DNA of 64,000 nt, from IMG/VR virus record IMGVR_UViG_3300035150_000015, positions 1 through 64,000 of that record. One strand, written 5' to 3'. The position numbers and the translations under genes were made by a program. This DNA comes from a virus. Shown piece after piece: positions 11,401 through 20,478 of this stretch. Under the pieces are notes generated by a model. The model did not search any database. It was not told the origin of the DNA and saw only the letters and a list, made by a program, of their open reading frames with translations. Every line of letters starts with the position of its first letter. Within the stretch, counting starts at the first letter, position 1.

Positions 11401-11688
11401 AGAGACCCTACGCAAAAAGGCCCTCTTGGCCATTTTTTTATGGGTTTCCGAGGGCAGGTGCTCCTGAAGGAAACCCATCATGGCCTCAGCCCTGGGTTCA
11501 GCTATCTTCAGAAGCCTGAGCCCCTGACTAATAACGTCGTCGGTGGGGTCTTCCTCCCCCGTCTCTTCCTCGACGTATCGGATGTAGGTGTCCATTGCCA
11601 AGAGGAAGACGATGTACTCGGCTACCACAAATTCGCCGATTTCCTCTTCCGTTTCAGCTGTTACGACTTTTAAGCTTGAACTTGCCAT
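8473..11688 (-). CDS. UvrD/PcrA-family SF1A DNA helicase with ~280-aa N-terminal extension
   Basis: AGAGSGKS (Walker A), SFNKKAA, TMHS, DECQD (Walker B), VGDEKQSIYSFRGA, NYR, TCHSTKG, ERRLAYVALTRA. Confidence 0.93.
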   Translation of the reverse strand: MASSSLKVVTAETEEEIGEFVVAEYIVFLLAMDTYIRYVEEETGEEDPTDDVISQGLRLLKIAEPRAEAMMGFLQEHLPSETHKKMAKRAFLRRVSQVSGIGDRSLKLRTLLRNTATMRAVFEKNKTIKMVREAVSSSMLDDADAALDRFVAIPMKNMRFRSWIKKAADTAGSGEPPKTITESASDAVEEETSQTLLKAQVEELAAPGAEGFQQAQAVRKEQLQKVEEGASEAAKEAIKAKGEEDAPPKKSEVIGTVAAAVEKALSDPSRPQNIPEPLRRLDDEQRSAALTDGKVLVSAGAGSGKSTTLIARVNYLIRDRRVDPSRILVTSFNKKAASELKEKIGKSAGAEALQQMSVGTMHSLFKRFIKDYGTTEEKVAVGAAGKGAPNGLVNKGNIVASAVQRIWEECFSKTDRPVPKLKNMMLQKTQWAGNNVTPAMARAQATPEDLDAAQWYEIYEGLKGSIPGWKPPCGETFAYNSFMGKVRKGIRRLGDFDDMLKIFHDLMANNPAVKAQFHKAFDHILIDECQDLNQVQHGVFEMMTEHITDGSDGKSLWMVGDEKQSIYSFRGARPDLFTDLYDEEGWTTRTIRTNYRCQPEIVEAANRLIGHNPGQSQLSLPSPTKARGTASIEVFSPEDEVTSALTVVEGIKSDIEAGEAVTDHAILFRTNKEMHAYETACIIRGVPYARKGASSFLGSPETTAFLSYVQLATGTDFSKMQKSLGMVLNNPNRFFIDPKKGPVAVQMAFESYARFTRQDIKSINPVVALQDEDFAELLVSKILGYSRGQSLDNKAAFKFNKAVELVQDLADSLADMQASASDPGYTTQDLFDSILNVKGIKLSTGPNGKLVRIEQSFRESLQVGVRDFSSDDDDTKDEDEGDDDEGLGNVSFLFKLAETDPTDSGDLENPPSTPFGFKAKMERYASRVRDLRTDTDKWERAQADLPPDQRQPPPGVYLGTCHSTKGAQWKNCFVQMPNGKFPLIPPPKPGEPPPDPDKLEKDLQIERRLAYVALTRAVQNLTILCPKVVGGRAAGVSPFVDEAGLVTGQNVTKAPEAPEPIEKTARWAEDF

Positions 11689-11706
11689 CCTGTTACCGCT
11701 GAACAA

Positions 11707-13242
11707 TCAAAGAGTTAGGTATCCGTCTTGTTCTAAACGATGCCTCAAGTAGTTCACATCTCGATAGGGCTCCGTCTCATATACCACAAAAAGACTTAGC
11801 GTAGGATGATTTTTCACCAAGTGAGCCTTGATCTTGTCATACTTCTGCGTACTCTTGAAGCTACGTTCCCCACCATAGAACCCAATAGGCTCCAGATGCT
11901 GGCGACCATGAAATTCCACCAGAAGTTGATGCTCGACAAAAAACCCATCATATCTGAATCTTCGGCCGGTTTCAGGATTCACAAAGTCAGGGGAACTCCA
12001 CTCCGAAATGTATGATTCCCCTAGTATACCGGCCAGCAGTTCTAAAACGAAGTGCTCAGCCACATTAGTATGAGATGTGAGTAAACCTAGCCTATCACAT
12101 TCACTACGAATGGTCACAAAAGGATGCCCCAAAGCAGCCATTGCTTTGCCCACAGAAACCTTGCCGTTCTTTAGCTTAAATGGTTCCAGCTGTTCCTCAG
12201 TCAAAGTGACTTTTAGGCCATTGGACCAAGTCCTCTTAGGACCCACCCAGGTCTTCAATTTCTCTGAAGTGTTCAGCAAACTGGGATGCTTCTCTTTGGT
12301 CAAACCCTTCGACCAAGAAGGTCTCCCTTTGCAGCTCTCTGACAATTGAGCCAATCGAGAGTCCGTTTCCTTCGTTAGTCCTTTGTTCCACCGGCCGGCA
12401 TTGGCAGCCATTTTAGCTTTGGTCTCTTCGGACAATGTCTTATCTTTGAGTGCAGTTTTGTCTCGAACAGCGGAGCAGAGAGCCACTACTCGACCAGGGT
12501 AACTCCCGACCAACTCAGGATGCCTGTTCTGTATGTGGCTGGTCAGATTCTCGGCCCTATGGCCGCACAAGATACACACCACATAGTCAGTCCCCTCCTC
12601 TTTCCCCTCCCATTTAGCCGATTCTCGGCATCGAAGGCACCTAGGATTGTGTGTCGAAGGGGCAAAGCTCCAACCCACCTCTCGGGATTCTCCACAGTCG
12701 GGGCAAACTATGATTTTCTTCCTCCCTGCTGTCGACTTAGCAGGTTGAGCTCTCTTGGCAGCCTCTTTTTGATGATTTTCACAACTCGTTGACCGAAGTC
12801 GGTGGCCCGGGTAAAGCTCGTAGTAGGTCTCTGCAGTAAGGCCATGGGTCCTAATATGACCGGTGAGGCCCTTCCCACGAGCTCCGCATACTTGACACAC
12901 CACGTAATCCTGTCCCTCAACCTGTCCTTCCCATTCATCAAAGTTTTGAACATAGGTCTGGTGTTCAGCGTCCTTAGCCCACCTAAGAAGATGGTTGGAT
13001 AGGCCCTTTTTGCCCTTGCACAATAGCCCACAAACAGGACACTTGGTATCCTTTCCCCGACAAGCAGGGCACAAAACTTCCTTAAACTTGGCTAACTGCC
13101 CCTTGGTTAGCTCTAAGGAAATTCCACATTTATCGCAGTGGGTCTCAACGAACGTCTTTTTCTTTGGCACCCCTTTAGTCCTACCCCCAAAATTGATGGC
13201 ACCCTCCTCCCTCATTCGTAGAGTGCGATCCCGAGGACCCAT
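11707..13242 (-). CDS. free-standing putative homing endonuclease (Zn fingers, NUMOD3-like repeats, C-terminal PD-(D/E)XK-like domain)
   Basis: Many CxxC pairs; two YVVCxxCG..LTxHI units; WNKGLTKE and WSKGLTKE repeats; FRYDGFF..LLVEFHGRQH; inserted after the sheath gene. Confidence 0.72.
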   Translation of the reverse strand: MGPRDRTLRMREEGAINFGGRTKGVPKKKTFVETHCDKCGISLELTKGQLAKFKEVLCPACRGKDTKCPVCGLLCKGKKGLSNHLLRWAKDAEHQTYVQNFDEWEGQVEGQDYVVCQVCGARGKGLTGHIRTHGLTAETYYELYPGHRLRSTSCENHQKEAAKRAQPAKSTAGRKKIIVCPDCGESREVGWSFAPSTHNPRCLRCRESAKWEGKEEGTDYVVCILCGHRAENLTSHIQNRHPELVGSYPGRVVALCSAVRDKTALKDKTLSEETKAKMAANAGRWNKGLTKETDSRLAQLSESCKGRPSWSKGLTKEKHPSLLNTSEKLKTWVGPKRTWSNGLKVTLTEEQLEPFKLKNGKVSVGKAMAALGHPFVTIRSECDRLGLLTSHTNVAEHFVLELLAGILGESYISEWSSPDFVNPETGRRFRYDGFFVEHQLLVEFHGRQHLEPIGFYGGERSFKSTQKYDKIKAHLVKNHPTLSLFVVYETEPYRDVNYLRHRLEQDGYLTL

Positions 13243-13269
13243 GGTGATCACTATACACCACCATGGGTC
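13236..13269 (-). promoter_or_regulatory. 11-bp hairpin covering the endonuclease start codon
   Basis: Perfect inverted repeat GACCCATGGTG (13236-13246) / CACCATGGGTC (13259-13269) containing ATG 13242. Confidence 0.6.
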
Positions 13270-13285
13270 TCCTCTAGGAAGGACC

Positions 13286-16200
13286 TTATACCTGGGCTCG
13301 AAGATTGAACGTCAAGACCAAATATAGTAACGGGAAGATAGGTGCGTAAAAGCTTTCCACACGCATTATTGTGGGGTCGGTGTCATCCACGTCAGCACTG
13401 ATTCCAGTGTAGGCACCCACAATCTCAGCCTGGACGAGGGATTTGAAGAGGTTGGACAAGCTAACCTCTACCTCGTTGACCCGAGTAGCCAGGAACTTGG
13501 TGCCCACGAAGGCATCCAAAACCACCCGGCTCTGCTGCTGCACGAAGTCAGAAATCTGGGTCACCGTGGGCAGACGTGTCATCACCGTACTCATGTCGGT
13601 CGTCAAGCCTTGGCGTATTCGGATGATCGGATCCAGATCTTCCAGAACCGAGATCCCCGCCACCGCTGTCTGGTTGGCCTCGACAGGGTCCAGAACTCGG
13701 ACGAGTCTGGTGAACCCGTTGACCCGCCTACGAGTATAGGGGGTGGCCACGTCGACTGCAGGGCTGACCACCGCACCAACCAGGGCAGCAGCCAAGAAGG
13801 TCCCGTCCACTAGCACCTCGAAGGACTCTCCGAGCTCGTTGGTCAAGGTCACGACCGCCGAATCCGGGTAAACAGCTACGATACGATTGGAGAGAAGACC
13901 TCGAGCAACCGCCTGAGCCGAAGTGGGACTGGTCCCACTGGCAAAGCCAATGAAGCCCATGCGCTCACTCTGGTTGCGGATGTTGCTCATCACCTCACAG
14001 TGTTGGAGCAAGTAGGTATAGACCGTGGTGTCCGTCGAAAGCGGGCATATAATGTCCGGCCGGATGTTACCAGGTAGAGGAGTGCCCAATTCCTGAATGG
14101 CCGTTATGAAGGACTGAGCAGTCGCCTGGTTAGTGTTGGGCGCCTTCAGTACCTGCTTGATACCCACGAGGACCGCACCATTTTGGATGGCCAGATAGGC
14201 TGCCAGAGAGACGCGATTTTCACTGCTGATAGAACCGAAGTTGGCTTCGATTGTCTTCAGCTGTTGGTACAAGCGGGTAGAAAAGTCCTGCTTTGTGTAC
14301 TGATACGTAATGTAGTAGTAGTCACCTACTGCAGGCTCCTGACCACCAGGGTTGAATACCTGGACAGTGGCGGTGTCATCCACTCCTACTCCCACCGTGT
14401 CGGTCACGATGAGCTCTAGGCCACCAAGCTGGAGGGACGGTACCGCAGGGTTGACGTGCCATCGCTTAGTAACCAGTAGAGTGAAGCTTCCAGCACTGTA
14501 GGTCGAACTTGCGCTTGGTAGAACCGTGAACCGGAGGCCCGTCTTAGCATCTGTGTAGGTTTGACCAGGTGTTCCAGTACCCCCTGATCCGTTCGTGAAA
14601 TCCGAGGAGGTTACCGTGAACATATCATGGGCAGCCTCCCCCACATCACCACTCGTACCAGCCACAATTTCAGTACCCGCTGTGGTATTGAAAGCCGTTC
14701 CTGCTGCTCCAAAGGCAACTGACGAACCTGTACCAGTAGTCAAGGACTCGATGGTGACGTAGTCAGCACTCTGGATAGTAGTTGGGTAGGCTATACCCTC
14801 GGTAGTGAAGCTGGAGGTACTGAGCAACGCATTGACTACATCCTGAGCACTCACCTGGGTCATGCTTGCCGAGTCTCCAGTGGTGAGACCCAGAGCAGTA
14901 TTAGCAGTCCCAGTAAGGATTACCACACTGGACGAGGGGTCAATAGTAGTACTAGTCAACCGAAGCTTGTTAAGGTTATCCCCCGTTCCCACAGAAGCGA
15001 CCGAAGCTACGACCGCGTTAATATCAGCCTTGACATCCGCCGTGGTGGGAGTAGGAAGATTTGTGGTCAAGGTTACTGAGTAGTCGACCCCATCCACCTG
15101 GAAGTTGAGCTCGTCGTTAACTCCAGTTGTAATGGCGAACGGTCCAGTAGACGTGCCAAGGATCGTAGCCGGCTTATTGAGGGCCGTCGGAGATCCGTAG
15201 ACTGTCTCGAGAGCCGTGAATCCAAGGGTAGATTCAGCGGTTCCCTGACGGATGGCAACCGAGGATTCCTGGTCAAAGCCATCCGGAAGACTCGATGGGG
15301 AGACCAGGCTATTGAGAATGAAGATCACATCTCCGGTTGATCCGCCAATCTGGACGTACTGAGCAATCGGAGTCCCGTCCACACCGCCCAAAAGGGTGCC
15401 AGCCGCCCAGCTAGCACCTGTTACGTTGGTCGTGGAAGCAATCGAGTTCCCGGCTGTACCGGCCACCTTGGCCGTAACATCCATGGTATCCCCGGCACCA
15501 GCCACGGCCGTCACCAAGGTATGCTCAGTAGTGGAAGTGGCGTAAGTCGTACCAGCACCAGCACCCAGGGTAATGGCTGCAATCAGGTTGTCCAGAGAGT
15601 CAGAAGCCGTACCACCGATCAATACATGGCCGTCAACATCCGTCAAAATCGTCTCAAAGGTGTAAACCTTCGTTCCGATAGTGACGATTTCACCATTCAA
15701 TGCATTTCCGGTAAAGGTCAACGTCCCAGTAGCGGACACTGCACCAGTGATCGAGGTAGCAGCAAGGTTGATATCCGAGCAAATCTGGGCAGGAGTACGG
15801 TTTCCGTCCACCAGAGTAACATCGAAGTCGGTGCCATCAATGGTAATCTTAAAGGAATCATTGACCCCCGTTGTAATGGTGACTACGTCCGACGGAGCCG
15901 CCACATGAGCACCCACCATGTAGGCTGATGCTGCTGAGGCAAGGTTAGTGGTGTAGGTCGAGCCATCCAAAAGGGTGACCCACGAAGCACTGTAGGTCGC
16001 ATAGAAGTCGTATGGAGCGGCTCCTTCGTTGGTGTAAGCAGCGTTAGTGGCAGCCTCCGTCGAGAACGTTACAGTAACAGTCTCTGCCACCGCGGTTCCA
16101 TCACCAGTATGGAAGGCATCAGGCACATTTTCTACGCCCCGAGGCCACTGTATGGCCTGGGACCCAGATCGAGTACCGAAGCGAACCTGGTATAGGTTGT

Positions 16201-17887
16201 CCTGATTGAGAACCGAGTAAACCTCGTACTGCCCGGTCCCGAAGCCACCGGCTACCTTGTTAGTCAAGATGTAGGTGTCATCGGTAAGCCGGCTGTACCA
16301 GAAGGTGCAGTAGGCGTTGTAGTCCGGAGGAACCTCGTCCTTGAGGGTGACCACGCGGGTATCGGCGTCCACCGAAATAACGGTAGCGGGGTTGCGACCG
16401 AGGGCATCCTGCAGGGTCCGGCCCGTATAGACAACAACCAGGTCAGGTCGGTCCGTGCTCAACCCAATACGGTCATTGGACACAGAATTGTACAGGGTAC
16501 TTCCAAGCGGGGTGTCTCGGCCGTTACCGGTCGTGGGCACCTCAGGCAGGGTGAACGAGTTCGGGCTCAAAAGAGCAGGAACCACCGTAGTATCCACCAC
16601 TCTAGTGGCCTCTCCCAAGTACATGCGATCGTCGACCAGAGTCGGAAGAATCTGGGTGTCGTCAAATGACGTGGCACCGGCAGTCCGAGAGGTAGAAGCT
16701 ACCTGATAGCTGGCGCCCCAGTGAACCATGGAGACATCAAGGCTAGGATTCGAAATGACGAAGTCCGTATTCTCGATATAGTCCGACCGTCCAGGAGCAA
16801 AACCACAACGAGTGACGTTGCTGACGCTGGTATTGGGCAAGTAATCAAAAGTGTCCTGCCAAGTGTTGGCCCAATACTGGATGGTGACAGTCGAGCCGGC
16901 AGCTGGAGCCGAAGGGAGAGTCACAACACCGTTGGTACCATCCACTGCCGTGGCAACCACCTGGGAACCGTTAACCAAAACCGTGACCTTAGAAGGGTCG
17001 GTCGTGGTAACACCGCCACCAGTTCCGTCCACAACTGGATGCTGGAAGACACGGAACAGGGTATTTCGTGAAGTGGAAGTCCCCGAAGTAAACCCTAGGG
17101 CCCCATTGGCATTCCCACTACCGACCACCAAGCTCTGAGCAGCCTCAAACTTGAGATGCTCCTTGCCCTGGTTGTCCGTGAAAACGGACACTGCCAGACC
17201 AGTAATGCTTTGAGCGGAGATGAGGGCATCGAGAGCCGAAGCCGAGTAAGATCCGGCGGCCATAACAATGGTATTCTCAGTCCCATCAACCGTCAGAACG
17301 AGAGTATCCGTGGTAGAAGCTACAATCGTGAAAGGTCCGTACGCAGGAGTCGTCAGAGCGGCCGTCCCTGCAGTAATCTGGTCGGACACATCATCCGTGA
17401 ACGAAGTATCGCCACGGTGGAAGTAATAGGTGATCCGAATGTCGTCCCCAACCTGAGGGGGGACCTGGAGCGTCACATAACCAGTCGCTCCTGCAACGGA
17501 TCCTACCGCAACTGGGTCACCATTCACGGTAACGCTGACAGATGAAGGCTTATTGGCTGTTTGGCCGAAACCCTGGCCATCCACAATCGGATAATTCCTG
17601 ACCCGAAACTTGGCCACAATGCCATTAGCAGCCCCAAGAATAGGGTTGCTCGGATTGGTGTCATCCAGCACTAACCTCTGGCTGACATCCTCAGCCACGA
17701 TCTGCTGGTCGAGAGTTGCGCTAGAACCACGAACCAACTCAAAGTCAGTCTGGTCCAGATCTTCTTGCCCCACGCCCACGAGGACAGGGATTCGGAGACC
17801 GGCCACCAAATTGGCAGCGTTAGTTTCAGAAAGGGTTCGAGAGTAGACTCCCGGTGGAACATAAGTCACAAACGGGCCCAATGCCAT
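13286..17887 (-). CDS. tail sheath protein (1533 aa, large inserted domains)
   Basis: N-terminal YVPPGVYSRT; C-terminal core with HCEVMSNIRNQSERMG, IRIRQGLTT, YAPIFPLLYLVLTFNL. Confidence 0.9.
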   Translation of the reverse strand: MALGPFVTYVPPGVYSRTLSETNAANLVAGLRIPVLVGVGQEDLDQTDFELVRGSSATLDQQIVAEDVSQRLVLDDTNPSNPILGAANGIVAKFRVRNYPIVDGQGFGQTANKPSSVSVTVNGDPVAVGSVAGATGYVTLQVPPQVGDDIRITYYFHRGDTSFTDDVSDQITAGTAALTTPAYGPFTIVASTTDTLVLTVDGTENTIVMAAGSYSASALDALISAQSITGLAVSVFTDNQGKEHLKFEAAQSLVVGSGNANGALGFTSGTSTSRNTLFRVFQHPVVDGTGGGVTTTDPSKVTVLVNGSQVVATAVDGTNGVVTLPSAPAAGSTVTIQYWANTWQDTFDYLPNTSVSNVTRCGFAPGRSDYIENTDFVISNPSLDVSMVHWGASYQVASTSRTAGATSFDDTQILPTLVDDRMYLGEATRVVDTTVVPALLSPNSFTLPEVPTTGNGRDTPLGSTLYNSVSNDRIGLSTDRPDLVVVYTGRTLQDALGRNPATVISVDADTRVVTLKDEVPPDYNAYCTFWYSRLTDDTYILTNKVAGGFGTGQYEVYSVLNQDNLYQVRFGTRSGSQAIQWPRGVENVPDAFHTGDGTAVAETVTVTFSTEAATNAAYTNEGAAPYDFYATYSASWVTLLDGSTYTTNLASAASAYMVGAHVAAPSDVVTITTGVNDSFKITIDGTDFDVTLVDGNRTPAQICSDINLAATSITGAVSATGTLTFTGNALNGEIVTIGTKVYTFETILTDVDGHVLIGGTASDSLDNLIAAITLGAGAGTTYATSTTEHTLVTAVAGAGDTMDVTAKVAGTAGNSIASTTNVTGASWAAGTLLGGVDGTPIAQYVQIGGSTGDVIFILNSLVSPSSLPDGFDQESSVAIRQGTAESTLGFTALETVYGSPTALNKPATILGTSTGPFAITTGVNDELNFQVDGVDYSVTLTTNLPTPTTADVKADINAVVASVASVGTGDNLNKLRLTSTTIDPSSSVVILTGTANTALGLTTGDSASMTQVSAQDVVNALLSTSSFTTEGIAYPTTIQSADYVTIESLTTGTGSSVAFGAAGTAFNTTAGTEIVAGTSGDVGEAAHDMFTVTSSDFTNGSGGTGTPGQTYTDAKTGLRFTVLPSASSTYSAGSFTLLVTKRWHVNPAVPSLQLGGLELIVTDTVGVGVDDTATVQVFNPGGQEPAVGDYYYITYQYTKQDFSTRLYQQLKTIEANFGSISSENRVSLAAYLAIQNGAVLVGIKQVLKAPNTNQATAQSFITAIQELGTPLPGNIRPDIICPLSTDTTVYTYLLQHCEVMSNIRNQSERMGFIGFASGTSPTSAQAVARGLLSNRIVAVYPDSAVVTLTNELGESFEVLVDGTFLAAALVGAVVSPAVDVATPYTRRRVNGFTRLVRVLDPVEANQTAVAGISVLEDLDPIIRIRQGLTTDMSTVMTRLPTVTQISDFVQQQSRVVLDAFVGTKFLATRVNEVEVSLSNLFKSLVQAEIVGAYTGISADVDDTDPTIMRVESFYAPIFPLLYLVLTFNLRAQV

Positions 17888-18019
17888 GGCGTTTTCTCCA
17901 GTGATTTCAGGTTGTTAGGTGCACATCTTGGGGAACGAGGTCTACATCTGAATCTCTAATCTGGTTCTATCTTGAAAAGCGCACAAAAAGAAAAGCGTAC
18001 CCATATACTAAGACGCCGC

Positions 18020-18442
18020 TCAAAGCTTCCCGCTCTTCACAGCAGTCTCTACCGACTTAACGACCTTTTTTCGATGGTTAATGAGCTCAGAACCGGCACC
18101 ACTATATTCAATGTACTTTCCGTCCGGACCATGTTCACGTCTCAAAGCCCTATTTCCGGTGACCTTCCTAACTTTGTCCTTGACCTCATCTCTAGCGTGT
18201 ATCTCTTCCCATCGCGCATCAGCACTCCGGCCAACTGTCTGGTCAGCCGTCGGATAATCATGCTTGTTGACCCCAGAATTTCCAGGGGGTCCCTTCCCCA
18301 ACGCAAAACTGAAGCCAAACTTTGGCATCACTTGCTTGGCCATTCCCGAACACGATGGGCAGACATGTGTCTTGTGCTCCCCAATCTTTAAGGTCTTGAC
18401 GAACTTGGCCCCGCAATCACACAAAAAAGTATACTTGGGCAT
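18020..18442 (-). CDS. FmdB-like zinc-ribbon protein
   Basis: MPKYTFLCDCG...CPSC. Confidence 0.7.
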   Translation of the reverse strand: MPKYTFLCDCGAKFVKTLKIGEHKTHVCPSCSGMAKQVMPKFGFSFALGKGPPGNSGVNKHDYPTADQTVGRSADARWEEIHARDEVKDKVRKVTGNRALRREHGPDGKYIEYSGAGSELINHRKKVVKSVETAVKSGKL

Positions 18443-18444
18443 CT

Positions 18445-19608
18445 TTACTTTATCCTCTCGAAATCTGAATCTGAATCTTGTGTTCGGTAGAATAGCTGGC
18501 TCCCCACCAGCACCATCCCAGAAGCGGCCGATGGGTCGATATCGCCACTCGGGGTGTTGGGGGTAACCCTGCTAATCGTAAGTGGGAGTGGGATATGAAC
18601 TTCCCAGTCCGCTTGAAGTTGCACTGACATTGAACTCGTGTAGAAGTACAGATCTCCCGTCTCGTCATACAGGTCCTCGGCCTCTCCGCCCTGGGAGACA
18701 TCGACTATCTCAATACCTTCAAAGGCAAGTTTGCTCCTTTTCTGGCTCCAAAGGTACATGAAAATCAAGTCCGCGATTTCCTCCGTCTGAACTGTATCTC
18801 GAGTGATCACGTCCGTGTCAAAGGAACCCTCCCACTTCCCGCCGTAAACCTTAGCGGTTTCCACCCTATCTTGGTAGACTACTATAGCCACGGTATCCCC
18901 AACCTTGGCCCGTTTGCCGAAAGCCAGCACTACCCCCGGGAGAGTGTTGAAGTCAGCGGTATTCCAGTAGAACTCCACGGGGCCTACCGATGCGACAGCG
19001 TATCGATAATCGGCTGTTACCTCTGACCCCCCAGAGAATCTCTCAAGGAAGGTGATAGCCCCCGTCTCATAATCCACCTGGTAGTCGTAACCCTCCTTCA
19101 TAAGATAGCGGTGCCCCTCCCAGAGCCGAAGGGTTCCGGAAACTGGGACATTCTGTAACTGGGCCTCCCTCTCGATGCCGGACTGGAACAAGAGAACTGC
19201 CTCACCCGTCACAGTCAAAAGGGGATCCATAGCAAAGGTCCCAGAAGTCTCTGGGGTAGTAGGGGCCGTCAAAATCTCCAGGAAATAGACCCCAGGAGGG
19301 GTGGGCATGCCACCCCCCTCACTAACACACTTGAGGTCTTCTCTGACCCACTCCAGAGGATTAGCTGGCGCCCCGAACTGGGCCAGCATCACATAGGAGG
19401 AGAGGGTCCCCATGTAATTATCAGCACTCAGCTGAATCTTGTTGCCCGAAGCACCCTTTACTACAATACCAGCTTGAGGCCGCTCTGAAAAAGCAAACTT
19501 GTTCTGGATGTAGGGGACTATCTTCTCGTAGAGAGGGTGATCGGCGAAACTATCCTGAAGCTCTAGGATTAGGCGTCTCTTCAGGACACCGGTTAGGTTG
19601 TAGTACAT
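18445..19608 (-). CDS. putative neck / tail-terminator protein
   Basis: 387 aa, upstream of sheath; ATG overlaps the IsrB stop (TGATG); beta-rich insert DYQVDYETGAITF. Confidence 0.5.
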   Translation of the reverse strand: MYYNLTGVLKRRLILELQDSFADHPLYEKIVPYIQNKFAFSERPQAGIVVKGASGNKIQLSADNYMGTLSSYVMLAQFGAPANPLEWVREDLKCVSEGGGMPTPPGVYFLEILTAPTTPETSGTFAMDPLLTVTGEAVLLFQSGIEREAQLQNVPVSGTLRLWEGHRYLMKEGYDYQVDYETGAITFLERFSGGSEVTADYRYAVASVGPVEFYWNTADFNTLPGVVLAFGKRAKVGDTVAIVVYQDRVETAKVYGGKWEGSFDTDVITRDTVQTEEIADLIFMYLWSQKRSKLAFEGIEIVDVSQGGEAEDLYDETGDLYFYTSSMSVQLQADWEVHIPLPLTISRVTPNTPSGDIDPSAASGMVLVGSQLFYRTQDSDSDFERIK

Positions 19609-20277
19609 CAGGCTACCTTCCAACTACTATAAGATAGAAACTTACAATCTTCAGGCTTGGCATTCTGGCACAATCTTTTTCCAGTCTTCACAGAGTGTAG
19701 ACTTATTCTATCGTTACTGGTACCACCTACATAAACCACACCCCGCTTACGATGTGTCACCAGAGATCCTCTCTTGAACCCTAGGCTCCGAGTTCCCCCA
19801 TAAGGCCTCCGGTCCCCTCCTTTTGAAGGCTTCATAGCATGGAGCTGCCTCCTATGTAGCCTAATAGGACTAACACAGAGAAGACTAGTATTGTCAGGCT
19901 TCGTATGACCTCCGACTGACCAGTTGGCCAGAACCCAGGAATCCACGCAATGAGCCTCAAAGACTTCAGCAAGCTTCCTTGAGGTCTTCTTCAACCCCAA
20001 CTGATCTCGAAGTTCTTTGGTCTCCCATCCTTGCTTAAGATCCACTAGAGCGATCCTGGAGAGCTCCCTATAGAACCAGTTTTTCCCAAATTCCAAAGGA
20101 GTGAAAGACCGGTCCCATCCCCTCTGGCCCTTGGTCCTAGCCTTTATATCCTCCACCACGAATTGAAAAATAGGAAACATCTTAGTTACCCACCAAGCGA
20201 TACGTATTTTCCACTGCCATCTGGTTTTCACCGACGGTGAGAGGAATTTGGTTACTATCCACTACAGGGACATACAT
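19608..20277 (-). pseudogene. isrB: IsrB-like (HNH-less IscB family) OMEGA nuclease, internally deleted
   Basis: N-terminal MYVPVVDSNQIPL (start of PLMP domain) joined out of frame to LSPSVKTRWQWK. RuvC-II VVEDI, RuvC-III AHCVDS and HRRQLH retained with no HNH between them; RuvC-I and RRXRR helix missing. Confidence 0.85.
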
Positions 20278-20478
20278 TGGAACGGTAAGTCTCCTTGCGG
20301 AGTGTGTACAACCCTTCGACACTGACCAACCAAGGGAAGAGAGACTAGGGTGGCATCCCTCATGTTGCTCGACCTGCCATGGTCAGTTGGTTCAGTTGGG
20401 AAGCCTAGCTTCCCTTGTCTAATCAACCGTTTCTGCCCTCAAGTTTGGCCTTGGTTGATACTCCTCCATTGCAAAAAC
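20278..20478 (-). ncRNA. omegaRNA (guide ~20478-20460; scaffold ~20459-20278)
   Basis: Non-coding gap directly upstream of isrB. 5' stem ATCAACC/GGTTGAT, hairpin GGGAAGC-TAG-GCTTCCC, ACCCT/AGGGT pseudoknot-like pairing, terminal CTCC-GCAA-GGAG hairpin. Confidence 0.8.

Noticed and set aside
5439-17887. Tailocin or extracellular contractile injection system
   Set aside because: A complete head module is present.
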